Shown here one piece after another: positions 36,001 to 54,000 of a DNA stretch of 64,000 nucleotides; the first letter of the stretch is position 1; each line of letters opens with the position of its first letter. The DNA comes from Eledone cirrhosa. Taxonomy: Eukaryota. Below the pieces are notes generated by a model, which saw nothing but the letters and a program-made list of their open reading frames with translations, had not been told where the DNA came from and searched no databases. Position numbers and translations under genes: made by a program. The DNA is taken from positions 149,110,001-149,174,000 of the forward strand of contig OZ024743.1 in assembly GCA_964016885.1 (NCBI GenBank). Direction: 5' to 3'.

Positions 36001-39000
36001 TCACCTCAACCACCACCACCACCAGTAACATCACCTCAACTGCCACCACCACCAGTAACATAACCTCAACCACCACCACCACCAGTAACATCACCTCAAC
36101 TACCAACATCACCAGTAACATCACCCCAACTACCACCACCACCAGTAACAACATCACCTCAACCACCACCACCACTGGTAACATCACCCCAACTACCACC
36201 ACCACCAGTAACATCACCTCAACTACCACCACCACCATTAACATCACCTCAACTACCACCACCACCAGTAACATCACCCCAAATACCACCACCACCAGTA
36301 ACATCACCTCAACTACCACCACCACCAGTAACAACATCACCTCAACCACCACCACCACTGGTAACATCACCCCAACTACCACCACCACCAGTAACATCAC
36401 CTCAACTACCACCACCACCAGTAACATCACCTCAACTACCACCACCACCAGTAACATCACCTCAACTACCACCACCACCAGTAACAACACCTCAACTACC
36501 ACCACCACCAGTAACATCACCTCAACTACCACCACCAGTAACATCACCTCAACTACCACCACCACCATTAACATCACCTCAACTACCACCACCACCAGTA
36601 ACATCACATCAACTACCACCACCACCACCAGTAACATCACCTAAACTACCACCACCACCAGTAACAACACCTCAACTACCACCACCACCAGTAACAACAC
36701 CTCAACTACCAACAGTAACATCACCTCAACTACCACCACCACCAGTAACAACACCTCAACTACCCCCACCACCAGTAATATCACCTCATTTACCACCACC
36801 ACCAGTAACATCACCTCAACTACCACCACCACCAGTAACAACACCTCAACTACCACCACCACCAGTAACATCACCTCAACTACCACCACCACCAGTAACA
36901 ACACCTCAACTACCACCACCACCAGTAACATCACCTCAACTACCACCACCACCAGTAACATCACCTCAACTACCACCACCACCAGTAACAACATCTCAAC
37001 TACCACCACCACCAGTAACATCACCTCAACTACCACCACCACCAGTAACAACACCTCAACTACCACCACCACCAGTAACATCACCTCAACTACCACCACC
37101 ACCAGTAACAACACCTCAACTACCACCACCACCAGTAACATCACCTCAACTACCACCACCACCAGTAACAACACCTCAACTACCACCACCACCAGTAACA
37201 TCACCTCAACTACCACCACCACCAGTAACAACACCTCAACTACCACCACCACCAGTAACATCACCTCAACTACCACCACCACCAGTAACAACACCTCAAC
37301 TACCACCACCACCAGTAACATCACCTCAACTACCACCACCACCAGTAACATCACCTCAACTACCACCACCACCAGTAACATCACCTCAACTACCAACACC
37401 ACCAGTAACATCACCTCAACTACCACCACCACCAGTAACAACATCACCTCAACCACCACCAGCGCCAGTAACATCACGTCAAGTACCACCACCACCAGTA
37501 ACATCACCCCTACTACCACCACCACCACCAGTAACATCAACTCAACTACCCCCACCACCAGTAACATCACCTCAACTACCACCATCACCAGTAACATCAC
37601 CTCAACTACCACCACCACCAGTAACAACATCACTTCAACCACCACCACCACCAGTAACCACACCTCAACCACCACCACCACCAGTAACATCACCTCAACT
37701 ACCACCACCACCAGTAACATCACCTCAACTACCACCACCACCAGTAACAACACCTCAACTACCACCAGAACCAGTGACATCACCTCAACTACCACCACCA
37801 CCAGTAACATCACCTCAACTACCACCACCACCAGTAACATCACCTCAACTACCACCACCACCAGTAACATCACCTCAACTACCACCACCACCAGTAACAT
37901 CACCTTAACTACCACCACCATAAGTAACAACACCTCAACTACCACCACCACCAGTAACAACACCTCAACTACCACCACCATCAGTAACATCACCTCAACT
38001 ACCACCACCACCAGTAACAACACCTCAACTACCACCACCACCAGTAACATCACCTCAACTACCACCACCACCAGTAACATCACCTCAACTACCACCATCA
38101 CCAGGAACATCACCTCAACTACCACCACCACCAGTAACATCACCTCAACTACCACCACCACCAGTAACAACATCACCTCAACTACCACCACCACCACCAG
38201 TAACATCACCTCAACTACCACCACCACCAGTAACATCACCTCAACTACCGCCACCACCAGTAACAACGCCTCAACTACCAACACCACCAGTAACATCACC
38301 TCAACTACAACCACCACCAGTAACATCACCTCAACTACCACCACCACCACCAGTAACATCACCCCAACTCCCACCATCATCAGTAACAACATCACCTCAA
38401 CCACCACCACCGCCAGTAACATCACCTCAACTACCACCACCACCAGTAACATCACCTCAACTACCACCACCACCAGTAACATCACCTCAACTACAACCAC
38501 CACCAGTAACAACACCTCAACTACCACCACCACCACCAGTAACAACATCACCTTAACTACCACCACCACCAGTAACAACACCTCAACCACCACCACCACC
38601 AGTAACATCACCTCAACTACCAACACCAGTAACATCACCCCAAATACCACCACCACCAGTAACATCACCTCAACTACCACCACCACCAGTAACATCACCT
38701 CAACTACCACCACCACCAGTAACATCACCCCAACTACCACCACCACCAGTAACATCACCTCAACTACCAACACCAGTAACATCACCTCAACTACGAACAC
38801 CAGTAACATCACCTCAACCACCACCACGAGTAACATCACCTCAACTACCACCACCACCAGTAACATCACCTCAACTACCACCACCACCAGTAACATCACC
38901 TCAACTACCACCACCAGTAACATCACCCCAAATACCACCACCACCAGTAACATCACCTCAACTACCACCACCACCAGTAACATCACCTCAACTACCACCA

Positions 39001-42000
39001 CCACCAGTACCAACATCACCTCAACTACCACCACCACCAGTAACAACATCACCTCAACTACCACCACCACCAGTACCAACATCACCTCAACTACCACCAC
39101 CACCAGTACCAACATCACCTCAACTACCACCACCACCAGTAAAATCACCTCAACTACCACCACCACCAGTAACATCACCTCAACTACCAACATCACCAGT
39201 AACATCACCCCAACTACCACCACCACCAGTAACAACATCACCTCAACCACCACCACCACTGGTAACATCACCCCAACTACCACCACCACCAGTAACATCA
39301 CCTCAACTACCACCACCACCATTAACATCACCTCAACTACCACCACCACCAGTAACATCACCCCAAATACCACCACCACCAGTAACATCACCTCAACTAC
39401 CACCACCACCAGTAACAACATCACTTCAACCACCACCACCACCAGTAACCACACCTCAACCACCACCACAACCAGTAACATCACCTCAACTACCACCAGA
39501 ACCAGTGACATCACCTCAACTACCACCACCACCAGTAACATCACCTCAACTACCACCACCACCAGTAACAACACCTCAACTACCACCACCACCAGTAACA
39601 TCACCTCAACTACCACCACCATAAGTAACATCACCTCAACTACCACCACCACCAGTAACAACATCACCTCAACCACCACCACCGCCAGTAACATCACGTC
39701 AAGTACCACCACCACCAGTAACATCACCCCTACTACCACCACCACCACCAGTAACATCACCCCAAATACCACCACCACCAGTAACATCACCTCAACTACC
39801 ACCACCACTAGTAACATCACCTCAACCACCACCACCACCAGTAACATCACCTCAACCACCACCACCACCAGTAATATCACCTCAACTACCACCACCACCA
39901 GTGACATCACCTCAACTACCACCACCACCAGTAACATCACCTCAACTACCACCACCACCAGTAACATCACCTTAACTACCACCACCACCAGTAACATCAC
40001 CTTAACTACCACCACCACCAGTAACATCACCTCAACCACCACAACCACCAGTAACATCACCTCAACTACCACCACCACCAGTAACATCACCTTAACTACC
40101 ACCACCATAAGTAACAACACCTCAACTACCACCATCACCAGTAACATCCCCTCAACTACCAACACCACCAGTAACATCACCTCAACTACCACCATCACCA
40201 GTAACATCACCTCAACTACCACCACCACCAGTAACATCACCTCAACTACCACCATCACCAGTAACATCACCTCAACTACCACCACCACCAGTAACATCAC
40301 CTTAACTACCACCACCATAAGTAACAACACCTCAACTACCACCATCACCAGTAACATCCCCTCAACTACCAACACCACCAGTAACATCACCTCAACTACC
40401 ACCATCACCAGGAACATCACCTCAACTACCACCACCACCAGTAACATCACCTCAACTACCACCACCACCAGTAACAACATCACCTCAACTACCACCACCA
40501 CCACCAGTAACATCACCTCAACTACCACCACCACCAGTAACATCACCTCAACTACCGCCACCACCAGTAACAACGCCTCAACTACCAACACCACCAGTAA
40601 CATCACCTCAACTACCACCACCAGTAACATCACCTCAACTACCACCACCACCACCAGTAACATCACCCCAACTCCCACCATCACCAGTAACAACATCACC
40701 TCAACCACCACCACCGCCAGTAACATCACCTCAACTACCACCACCACCAGTAACATCACCTCAACTACCACCACCACCAGTAACATCACCTCAACTACAA
40801 CCACCACCAGTAACAACACCTCAACTACCACCACCAGTAACATCACCTCAACTACCTCCACCACCAGTAACATCACCTCAACTACCACCACCACCACCAG
40901 TAACAACATCACCTTAACTACCACCACCACCAGTAACAACACCTCAACTACCACCACCACCAGTAACATCACCTCAACTACCAACACCAGTAACATCACC
41001 CCAAATACCACCACCACCAGTAACATCACCTCAACTACCACCACCACCAGTAACATCACCTCAACTACCACCACCACCAGTAACATCACCCCAACTACCA
41101 CCACCACCAGTAACATCACCTCAACTACCAACACCAGTAACATCACCTCAACTACGAACACCAGTAACATCACCTCAACCACCACCACGAGTAACATCAC
41201 CTCAACTACCACCACCACCAGTAACATCACCTCAATTACCACCAGCACCAGTAACATCACCTCAACTACCACCACCAGTAACATCACCCCAAATACCACC
41301 ACCACCAGTAACATCACCTCAACTACCACCACCACCAGTAACATCACCTCAACTACCACCACCACCAGTAACAACATCACCTCAACTACCACCACCACCA
41401 GTACCAACATCACCTCAACTACCACCACCACCAGTACCAACATCACCTCAACTACCACCACCACCAGTAAAATCACCTCAACTACCACCACCAGTAACAT
41501 CACCTCAACTACCACCACCACCAGTACCAACATCACCTCAACTACCACCACCACCAGTAACAACACCTCAACTACCACCATCATCAGTAACATCACCTCT
41601 ACTACCACCACCACCAGTAACAACATCACCTCAACTACCACCACCACCAGTAACATCACCTCAACCACCACCACCACCAGTAACAACATCACCTCAACTA
41701 CCACCACCACTAGTAACATCACCTCAACCACCACAACCACCAGTAACATCACCTCAACTACCACCACCACCAGTAACATCACCTCAACTACCACCACCAC
41801 CAGTAACAACACCTCAACTACCACCACCACCAGTAACATCACCTCAACTACCACCACCACCAGTAACATCACCTCAACTACCACCACCACCACCAGCAGT
41901 AACATCACCTCAACTACCACCACCACCAGTAACATCACCTCAACCACCACAACCACCAGTAACATCACCTCAACTACCACCACCACCAGTAACATCACCT

Positions 42001-45000
42001 CAACTCCCACCACCACCAGTAACATCACCTCAACTACCACCACGACCAGTAACAACATCACCTCAACTACCACCACCACCAGTAACATCACCTCAACTAC
42101 CACCACGACCAGTAACAACATCACCTCAACTACCACCACCACCAGTAACATCACCTCAACCACCACCACCACCAGTAACAACATCAACTCAACTACCACC
42201 ACCACCCGTAACATCACCTCAACTACCACCACCAGTAACATCACCTCAACTACCACCACCAGTAACATCACATCAACTACCCCCACCACCAGTAACATCA
42301 CCTCAACTACCACCACCACCAGTAACAACATCACTTCAACCACCACCACCATCAGTAACATCACCTCAACTACCACCACTACCAGTAACATCACATCAAC
42401 TACCACCACCACCAGTAACATCACCTCAACTACCACCACCACCAGCAACAACACCTCAACTACCACCACCACCAGTAACATCACCTCAACAACCACCACC
42501 AGTAACATCACCTCAACTACCACCACCACCAGTAACAACACCTCAACTACCACCACCACCAGTAACATCACCTCAACCACCATCACCACCAGTAACATCA
42601 CCTCAACTACCACCACCACCAGTAACATCACCTCAACTACCACCACCACCAGTAACATCACCTCAACTACCACCACCACCAGTAACATCACCTCAACTAC
42701 CACCACCACCAGTAACATCACCCCAACTACCACCAGTAACATCACCTCAGCTACCACCACCACCAGTAACATCACCTCAACTACCACCACCACCAGTAAC
42801 ATCACCCCAACTACCACCAGTAACATCACCTCAACTACCGCCACCGCCAGTAACATCACCTCAACTACCACCACCACCAGTAACATCACCCCAACTCCCA
42901 TCACCACCAGTAACATCACCTCAACTACCACCACCACCAGTAACATCACCTCAACTACCACCACCACCAGTAACATCACCTCAACTACCACCACCAACAG
43001 TAACATCAACCCAACTACCACCACCACCAGTAATATCACCTCAAATACCACCACCACCAGTAACATCACCCCAACTACCACCACCACCACCAGTAACATC
43101 ACCTCAACCACCACCACCACCAGTAACATCACCTCAACTGCCACCACCACCAGTAACATCACCTCAACTACCACCACCACCAGTAACATCAACCCAACTA
43201 CCACCACCACCAGTAACAACATCACCTGAACTACCAACACAACCAGTAACATCACCTCAACTACCACCACCACCAGTAACATCACCCCAACTACCACCAC
43301 CACCAGTAACAACATCACCCTCAACCACCACCACTGGTAACATCACCCCAACTACCACCACCACCAGGAACATCACCTCAACTACCACCACCACCATTAA
43401 CATCACCTCAACTACCACCACCACCAGTAACATCACCCCAAATACCACCACCACCAGTAACATCACCTCAACTACCACCACCACCAGTAACAACATCACC
43501 TCAACCACCACCACCACTGGTAACATCACCCCAACTACCACCACCACCAGTAACATCACCTCAACTACCACCACCACCATTAACATCACCTCAACTACCA
43601 CCACCACCAGTAACATCACATCAACTACCACCACCACCACCAGTAACATCACCTCAACTACCACCACCACCAGTAACATCACCTCAACTACCACCACCAC
43701 CAGTAACATCACCTCAACTACCACCACCAGTAACATCACCTCAACTACCACCACCACCATTAACATCACCTCAACTACCACCACCACCAGTAACATCACA
43801 TCAACTACCACCACCACCACCAGTAACATCACCTAAACTACCACCACCACCAGTAACAACACCTCAACTACCACCACCACCAGTAACAACACCTCAACTA
43901 CCAACAGTAACATCACCTCAACTACCACCACCACCAGTAACAACACCTCAACTACCACCACCACCAGTAACATCACCTCAACTACCACCACCACCAGTAA
44001 CAACACCTCAACTACCACCACCACCAGTAACATCACCTCAACTACCACCACCACCAGTAACAACATCTCAACTACCACCACCACCAGTAACATCACCTCA
44101 ACTACCACCACCACCAGTAACAACACCTCAACTACCACCACCATCAGTAACATCACCTCAACTACCACCGCCACCAGTAACAACACCTCAACTACCACCA
44201 CCACCAGTAACATCACCTCAACTACCACCGCCACCAGTAACAACACCTCAACTACCACCACCATCAGTAACATCACCTCAACTACCACCACCACCAGTAA
44301 CAACACCTCAACTACCACCACCACCAGTAACATCACCTCAACTACCAGCACCACCAGTAACAACACCTCAACTACCACCACCACCAGTAACATCACCTCA
44401 ACTACCACCACCACCAGTAACATCACCTCAACTACCAACACCACCAGTAACATCACCTCAACTACCACCACCACCAGTAACAACATCACCTCAACCACCA
44501 CCACCGCCAGTAACATCACGTCAAGTACCACCACCACCAGTAACATCACCCCAACTACCACCACCACCACCAGTAACATCACCTCAACTATCCCCACCAC
44601 CAGTAACATCACCTCAACCACCACCACCACCAGTAACATCACCTCAACTACCACCACCACCAGTAACATCACCTCAACTACCACCACCACCAGTAACATC
44701 ACCTCAACTAACACCACCACCAGTAACATCACCTCAACTACCACCACCACCAGTAACATCACCTCAACTACCACCACCACCAGTAACAACATCACCCCAA
44801 CTACCACCATCACCAATAACATCACCTCAACTACCACCACCACCAGTAACAACATCACCTCAACTACCACCACCATCAGTAACATCACCCCAACTACCAA
44901 CACCACCAGTAACATCACCTCAACTACCACCACCACCAGTAACAACATCACCTCAACTACCACCACCACCAGTAACAACATCACCTCAACCACCACCACC

Positions 45001-48000
45001 ACTGGTAACATCACCCCAACTACCCCCACCACCAGTAGCATCACCTCAACTACCACCGCCACCAGTAACAACACCTCAACTACCACCACCATCAGTAACA
45101 TCACCTCAACTACCACCACCACCAGTAATATCACCTCAACTACCACCACCACCAGTAACAACATCACCCCAACTACCACCATCACCAATAACATCACCTC
45201 AACTACCACCACCACCAGTAACAACATCACCTCAACTACCACCACCACCAGTAACAACATCACCTCAACCACCACCACCACCAGTAACATCACCTCAACC
45301 ACCACCACCACCAGTAACAACATCACCTCAACCACCACCACCACTGGTAACATCACCCCAACTACCCCCACCACCAGTAGCATCACCTCAACTACCACCG
45401 CCACCAGTAACAACACCTCAACCACCACCACCACCAGTAACATCACCTCAACCACCACCACCACCAGTAACATCACCCCAACTACTACCACCACCAGTAA
45501 CATCACCTCAACTACCACCACCACCATTAACATCACCTCAACTACCACCACCACAAGTAACATCACCTCCACTACCACCACCACCAATAACAACATCACC
45601 TCAACCACCACCACCACCAGTAACATCACCTCAACCACCACCACCACCAGTAACATCACCTCAACTACCACCACCACCAGTAACATCACCTCATCCACCA
45701 CCACCACCAGTAACAACATCACCTCAACCACCACCACCACCAGTAACATCACCTCAACTACCACCACCAGTAACATCACCTCAACCACCACCACCACAAG
45801 TAACATCACCTCAACCACCACCACCACCAGTAACATCACCTCAACTACCACCACCACCAGTAACATCACCTCAACTACCACCACCACCAGTAACAACACC
45901 TCAACTACCACCACCACCACCAGTAACATCACCTCAACTACCACCACCACCAGTAACATCACCTCAACTACCACCACCAGTAACATCACCTCAACTACCA
46001 CCACCACCAGTAACATCACCTCAACTACCACCACCACCAGCAACATCACCTATACTACCACCACAACCAGTAACAACATCAACTCAACTACCACCACCAC
46101 CAGTAACATCAGCTCAACTCCCACCACCAGTAACATCACCTCAACTACCACCACCACCAGTAACAACACCTCAACTACCACCACCACCACCAGTAACATC
46201 ACCTCAACCACCACCACCACCAGTAACAACACCTCAACTACCACCACCACCACCAGTAACATCACCTCAACTACCACCACCACCAGTAACAACATCACCT
46301 CAACTACCACCACCACCAGTAACATCACCTCAACTACCACCACCACCAGTAACATCACCTTAACTACCACCACCACCAGTAACATCACCTCAACTACCAC
46401 CACCACCGGTAACATCACCTCAACTACCACCACCACCACTAACATCACATCAGCTACCAACACCACTAGTAACATCACCTCAACTACCACCACCACCAGT
46501 AACATCACCTCAACTACCACCACCACCAGTAACATCACCTCAACTACCACTACAACCAGTAACATCACCCCAACTACCACCACCACCACCAGTAACATCA
46601 CCTCGACTACCACCACCACCAGTAACATCGCCTCAACCACCACCACCAGTAACATCACCTCAACTGCCACCACCACCAGTAACATCACCTCAACTACCAC
46701 CACCACCAGTAACATCACCTCAATTACCACCACCACCAGTAACATCACCTCAACTACCACCACCACCAGTAACATCACCTCAACTACCACCACCACCAGT
46801 AACATCACCTCAATTACCACCACCACCAGTAACATCACCTCAACTACCACCACCACCAGTAACATCACCTCAACTACCACCACAACCAGTAACATCACCC
46901 CAACTACCACCAGCACCACCAGTAACATCACCTCCACTACCACCACCACCAGTAACAGCATCACCTCAACCACCACCACCACTGGTAACATCACCCCAAC
47001 TACCCCCACCACCAGTAGCATCACCTCAACTACCACCACCACCAGTAACATCACCTCAACTACCACCACCACCAGTAACATCACCTCAACTACCACCACC
47101 ACCAGTAGCATCGCCTCAACCACCACCACCACCAGTAACAACATCACCTTAACTACCACCACCACCAGTAACATCACCTCAACTACCACCACCACCAGTA
47201 ACATCACCTCAACTACCACCACCACCAGTAACATCACCTCAACTACCACCACCATCAGTAACATCACCTCAACTACCACCACCACCAGTAACATCACCTC
47301 AACTACCACCACCACCAGTAACATCGCCTCAACCACCACCACCACCAGTAACAACATCACCTTAACTACCACCACCACCCGTAACATCACCTCAACTACC
47401 ACCACCACCAGTAACATCACCTCAACTACCCCCACCACCAGTAACATCACCTCAACTACCACCACCACCAGTAACATCGCCTCAACCACCACCACCACCA
47501 GTAACATCACCTCAACTACCCCCACCACCAGTAACATCACCTCAACTACCACCACCACCAGTAACATCGCCTCAACCACCACCACCACCAGTAACATCAC
47601 CTCAACTACCACCACCACCAGTAACATCACCTCAACTACCACCACCACCAGTAACATCAGCTTAACTACCACCACCACCAGTAACATCACCTCAACTACA
47701 ACCACCACCAGTAACATCACCTCACCTACCCCACCACCAGTAACATCACCTCAACCACCACCACCACCAGTAACATCACCCCAAATACCACCACCACCAG
47801 TAACATCACCTCAACCACCACCACCACCAGTAACATCACCTCAACTACCACCACCACCAGTAACATCACCTCAACTACCACCACCACCAGTAACAACACC
47901 TCAACAACCACCACCACCAGTAACATCACCTCAACTACCACCACCACCAGTAACATCGCCTCAACCACCACCACCACCAGTAACAACACCTCAACACCAC

Positions 48001-51000
48001 CACCACCAGTAACATCACCTCAACTACCACCACCACCAGTAACATCACCTCAACTACCACCACCACCAGTAACATCACCTCAACCACCACCACCACCAGT
48101 AACATCACCTCAACTACCACCACCACCAGTAACATCACCTCAACTACCACCACCACCAGTAACAACACCTCAACAACCACCACCACCAGTAACATCACCT
48201 CAACTACCACCACCACCAGTAACATCACCTCAACCACCACCACCACCAGTAACATCGCCTCAACCACCACCACCACCAGTAACAACATCTCAACCACCAC
48301 CACCACCGGTAACATCACCTCAACTACCACCACCACCAGTAACATCACCTCAACCACCACCACCACCAGTAACAACACCTCAATTACCACCACCACCAGT
48401 AACATCACCTCAACTACCACCACCACCAGTAACAACATCACCTCAACTACCACCATCACCAGTAACATCACCTCAACTACCACCACCACCAGTAACATCA
48501 CCTCAACCACCACCACCACCAGTAACATCACCTCAACTACCACCACCACCAGTAACATCACCTCAACTACCACCACCACCAGTAACATCACCTCAACCAC
48601 CACCACCACCAGTAACAACACCTCAACTACCACCACCACCAGTAACAACACCTCAACTACCACCACCACCAGTAACATCACCTCAACTACTACCACCACC
48701 AGTAACATCACCTCAACTACCACCACCACCAGTAACAACACCTCAACTACCACCACCACCAGTAACATCACCTCAACTACCACCACCACCAGTAACATCA
48801 CCTCAACTACCACCACCACCAGTAACAACACCACAACTACCACCACCACCAGTAACATCACCTCAACTACCACCACCACCAGTAACATCACCTCAACTAC
48901 CACCACCACCAGTAACATCACCCCAACTACCACCACCACCAGTAACATCACCTTAACTACCACCACCACCAGTAACATCACCTCAACTACCACCACCACC
49001 AGTAACATCACCTCAACTACCACCACCACCAGTAACATCACCTCAACTACCACCACCACCAGTAACAACACCTCAACTACAAACACCACCAGTAACATCA
49101 CCCCAACTACCTCCAGCACCAGTAACAACATCACCCCAACTACCACCGCCACCAGTAACAACATCACCTCAACCACCACCACCGCCAGTAACATCACCTC
49201 AACCACCACTACCACCAGTAACAACACCTCAACTACAAACACCACCAGTAACATCACCCCAACTACCTCCAGCACCAGTAACAACATCACCCCAACTACC
49301 ACCGCCACCAGTAACAACATCACCTCAACCACCACCACCACCAGTAACATCACCTCAACCACCACCAGCACCAGTAACACCATCTCAACTACCACCACCA
49401 GTAACATCACCTCAACCACCACCACCACCAGTAACATCACCTCAACTACCACCACCACCAGTAATATCACCTCAACTACCACCACCGCCAGTAACATCAC
49501 CTCAACCACCACCACCACCACCAGTAACATCACCTCAACCACCACCACCACCAGTAACATCACCCCAACTACTACCACCACCAGTAACAACATCACCTCA
49601 ACTACCACCACCACCAGTAACATCACCTCAACTACCACCACCACCAGTAACATCACCTCAACTACCACCACAACCAGTAACATCACCCCAACTACCACCA
49701 CCACCACCAGTAACATCACCTCGACTACCACCACCACCAGTAACATCGTCTCAACCACCACCACCAGTAACATCACCTCAACTGCCACCACCACCAGTAA
49801 CATCACCTTAACTACCACCACCACCAGTAACATCACCCCAAATACCACCACCACCAGTAACATCACCTCAACTACCACCACCACCAGTAACATCACCTCA
49901 ATTACCACCACCACCAGTAACATCACATCAGCTACCAACACCACTAGTAACATCACCTCAACTACCATCACCACCAGTAACATCACCTCAACTACTACCA
50001 CCACCAGTAACATCACCTCAACTACCACCACAACCAGTAACATCACCCCATCTACCACCAGCACCACCAGTAACATCACCTCCACTACCACCACCACCAG
50101 TAACAACATCACCTCAACCACCACCACCTCTGGTAACATCACCCCAACTACCCCCACCACCAGTAGCATCACCTCAACTACCACCACCACCAGTAACATC
50201 ACCTCAACTACCACCACCACCAGTAACATCACGTCAACTACCACCACCACCAATAGCATCGCCTCAACCACCACCACCACCAGTAACAACATCACCTTAA
50301 CTACCACCACCACCAGTAACATCACCTCAACTACCACCACCATCAGTAACATCACCTCAACTACCACCACCACCAGTAACATCAGCTCAACTACCACCAC
50401 CACCAGTAACATCACCTCAACCACCACCACCACCAGTAACATCACCTCAACTACCACCACCACCAGTAACATCACCTCAACTACCACCACCACCAGTAAC
50501 ATCGCCTCAACCACCACCACCACCAGTAACAACATCACCTTAACTACCACCACCACCAGTAACATCACCTCAACTACCACCACCACCAGTAACATCACCT
50601 CAACTACCCCCACCACCAGTAACATCACCTCAACTACCACCACCACCAGTAACATCGCCTCAACCACCACCACCACCAGTAACATCACCTCAACTACCCC
50701 CACCACCAGTAACATCACCTCAACTACCACCACCACCAGTAACATCGCCTCAACCACCACCACAACCAGTAACATCACCTCAACTACCACCACCACCAGT
50801 AACATCACCTCAACTACCACCACCACCAGTAACATCAGCTTAACTACCACCACCACCAGTAACATCACCTCAACTACCACCACCACCAGTAACTTCACCT
50901 CACCTACCCCACCACCAGTAACATCACCTCAACCACCACCACCACCAGTAACATCGCCTCAACCACCACCACCACCAGTAACAACACCTCAACTACCACC

Positions 51001-54000
51001 ACCACCAGTAACATCACCTCAACTACCACCACCACCAGTAACATCACCTCAACTACCACCACCACCAGTAACATCACCTCAACCACCACCACCACCAGTA
51101 ACATCACCTCAACTACCACCACCACCAGTAACATCACCTCAACTACCACCACCACCAGTAACAACACCTCAACAACCACCACCACCAGTAACATCACCTC
51201 AACTACCACCACCACCAGTAACATCACCTCAACTACCACCACCACCAGTAACAACACCTCAACCACCACCACCACCAGTAACATCGCCTCAACGACCACC
51301 ACCACCAGTAACAACATCTCAACCACCACCACCACCAGTAACATCACCTCAACTACCACCACCACCAGTAACATCACCTCAACCACCACCACCACCAGTA
51401 ACAACACCTCAATTACCACCACCACCAGTAACATCACCTCAACTACCACCACCACCAGTAACAACATCACCTCAACTACCACCATCACCAGTAACATCAC
51501 CTCAACTACCACCACCACCAGTAACATCACCTCAACCACCACCACCACCAGTAACATCACCTCAACTACCACCACCACCAGTAACATCACCTCAACTACC
51601 ACCACCACCAGTAACATCACCTCAACCACCACCACCACCAGTAACAACACCTCAACTACCACCACCACCAGTAACAACACCTCAACTACCACCACCACCA
51701 GTAACATCACCTCAACTACTACCACCACCAGTAACATCACCTCAACTACCACCACCACCAGTAACAACACCTCAACTACCACCACCACCAGTAACATCAC
51801 CTCAACTACCACCACCACCAGTAACATCACCTCAACTACCACCACAACCAGTAACAACACCTCAACTACCACCACCACCAGTAACATCACCTCAACTACC
51901 ACCACCACCAGTAACATCACCTCAACTACCACCACCACCAGTAACATCACCCCAACTACCACCACCACCAGTAACATCACCTTAACTACCACCACCACCA
52001 GTAACATCACCTCAACTACCACCACCACCAGTAACATCACCCCAACTACCTCCACCACCAGTAACAACATCACCCCAACTACCACCACCACCAGTAACAA
52101 CATCACCTCAACCACCACCACCGCCAGTAACATCACCTCAACCACCACTACCACCAGTAACCTCACCTCAACCACCACCACCACCAGTAACACCATCTCA
52201 ACTACCACCACCAGTAACATCACCTCAACCACCACCACCACCAGTAACATCACCTCAACTACCACCACCGCCAGTAACATCACCTCAACCACCACCACCA
52301 CCACCAGTAACATCACCTCAACCACCACCACCACCAGTAACATCACCCCAACTACTACCACCACCAGTAACAACATCACCTCAACTACCACCACCACCAG
52401 TAACATCACCTCAACTACCACCACCACCAGTAACATCACCTCAACTTCCACCACCACCAGTAACATCACCTCAACTACCACCACCACCAGTAACATCGCC
52501 TCAACCACCACCACCACCAGTAACATCACCCCAAATACCACCACCACCAGTAACATCACCTCAACTACCACCACCACCACCAGTAACATCACCTCAACCA
52601 CCACCACCACCAGTAACATCACCTCAACTACCACCACCACCAGTAACAACACCTCAACCACCACCACCACCAGTAACATCACCTCAACCACCACCACCAC
52701 CAGTAACAACACCTCAACTACCACCACCACCAGTAACATCACCTCAACCACCACCACCACCAGTAACATCACCTCAACTACCACCACCACCAGTAACAAC
52801 ATCACCCCAACTACCACCACCACCAGTAACAACACCTCAACCACCACCACCACCAGTAACATCACCTCAACCACCACCACCACCAGTAACATCACCTCAA
52901 CTACCACCACCAGTAACATCACCTCAACTACCACCACCAGTAACAACATCACCTCAACTACCACCACCACCAGTAACAACATCACCCCAACTACCACCAC
53001 CACCAGTAACATCACCCCAACTACCACCACCACCACCAGTAACATCACCTCAACTACCACCACCACCAGTAACAACATCACCCCAACTACCACCACCACC
53101 AGTAACATCACCTCAACTACCACCACCACCAGTAACATCACCTCAACTACCACCACCAGTAACATCACCTCAACTACCACCATCACCAGTAACATCACCT
53201 CAACTACCACCACCACCAGTAACATCACCTCAACCACCACCACCACCAGTAACATCACCTCAACTACCACCACCACCAGTAACATCACCTCAACCACCAC
53301 CACCACCAGTAACATCACCTCAACTACCACCACCACCAGTAACATCACCTCAACTACCACCACCACCAGTAACATCACCTCAACTACCACCACCACCAGT
53401 AACATCACCTCAACCACCACCACCACCACCAGTAACATCACCTCGACTACCACCACCACCAGTAACATCACCTCAACTACCACCACCACCAGTAACAACA
53501 TCACCTCAACTACCCCCACCACTAGTAACATCACCTCAACTACCACCACCACCAGTAACATCACCTCAACTGCCACCACCACCACCAGTAACATCACCTC
53601 AACCACCACCACCACCAGTAACATCACCTCAACTACCAACACCACCAGTAACATCACCTCAACTACCACCACCACCAGTAACAACATCACCTCAACTACC
53701 CCCACCACCAGTAACATCACCTCAACTACCCCCACCACCAGTAACATCACCTCAACTACCACCACCACCAGTAACATCACCTCAACTACCACCACCACCA
53801 GTAACATCACCTCAACTACCACCACCAGCAGTAACATCACCTCAACTAACACCACCACCACCAGTAACATCACCTCAACTACCCCCACCACCAGTAACAT
53901 CACCTCAACTACCCCCACCACCAGTAACATCACCTCAACTACCACCACCACCAGTAACATCACCTCAACTACCACCACCAGCAGTAACATCACCTCAACT

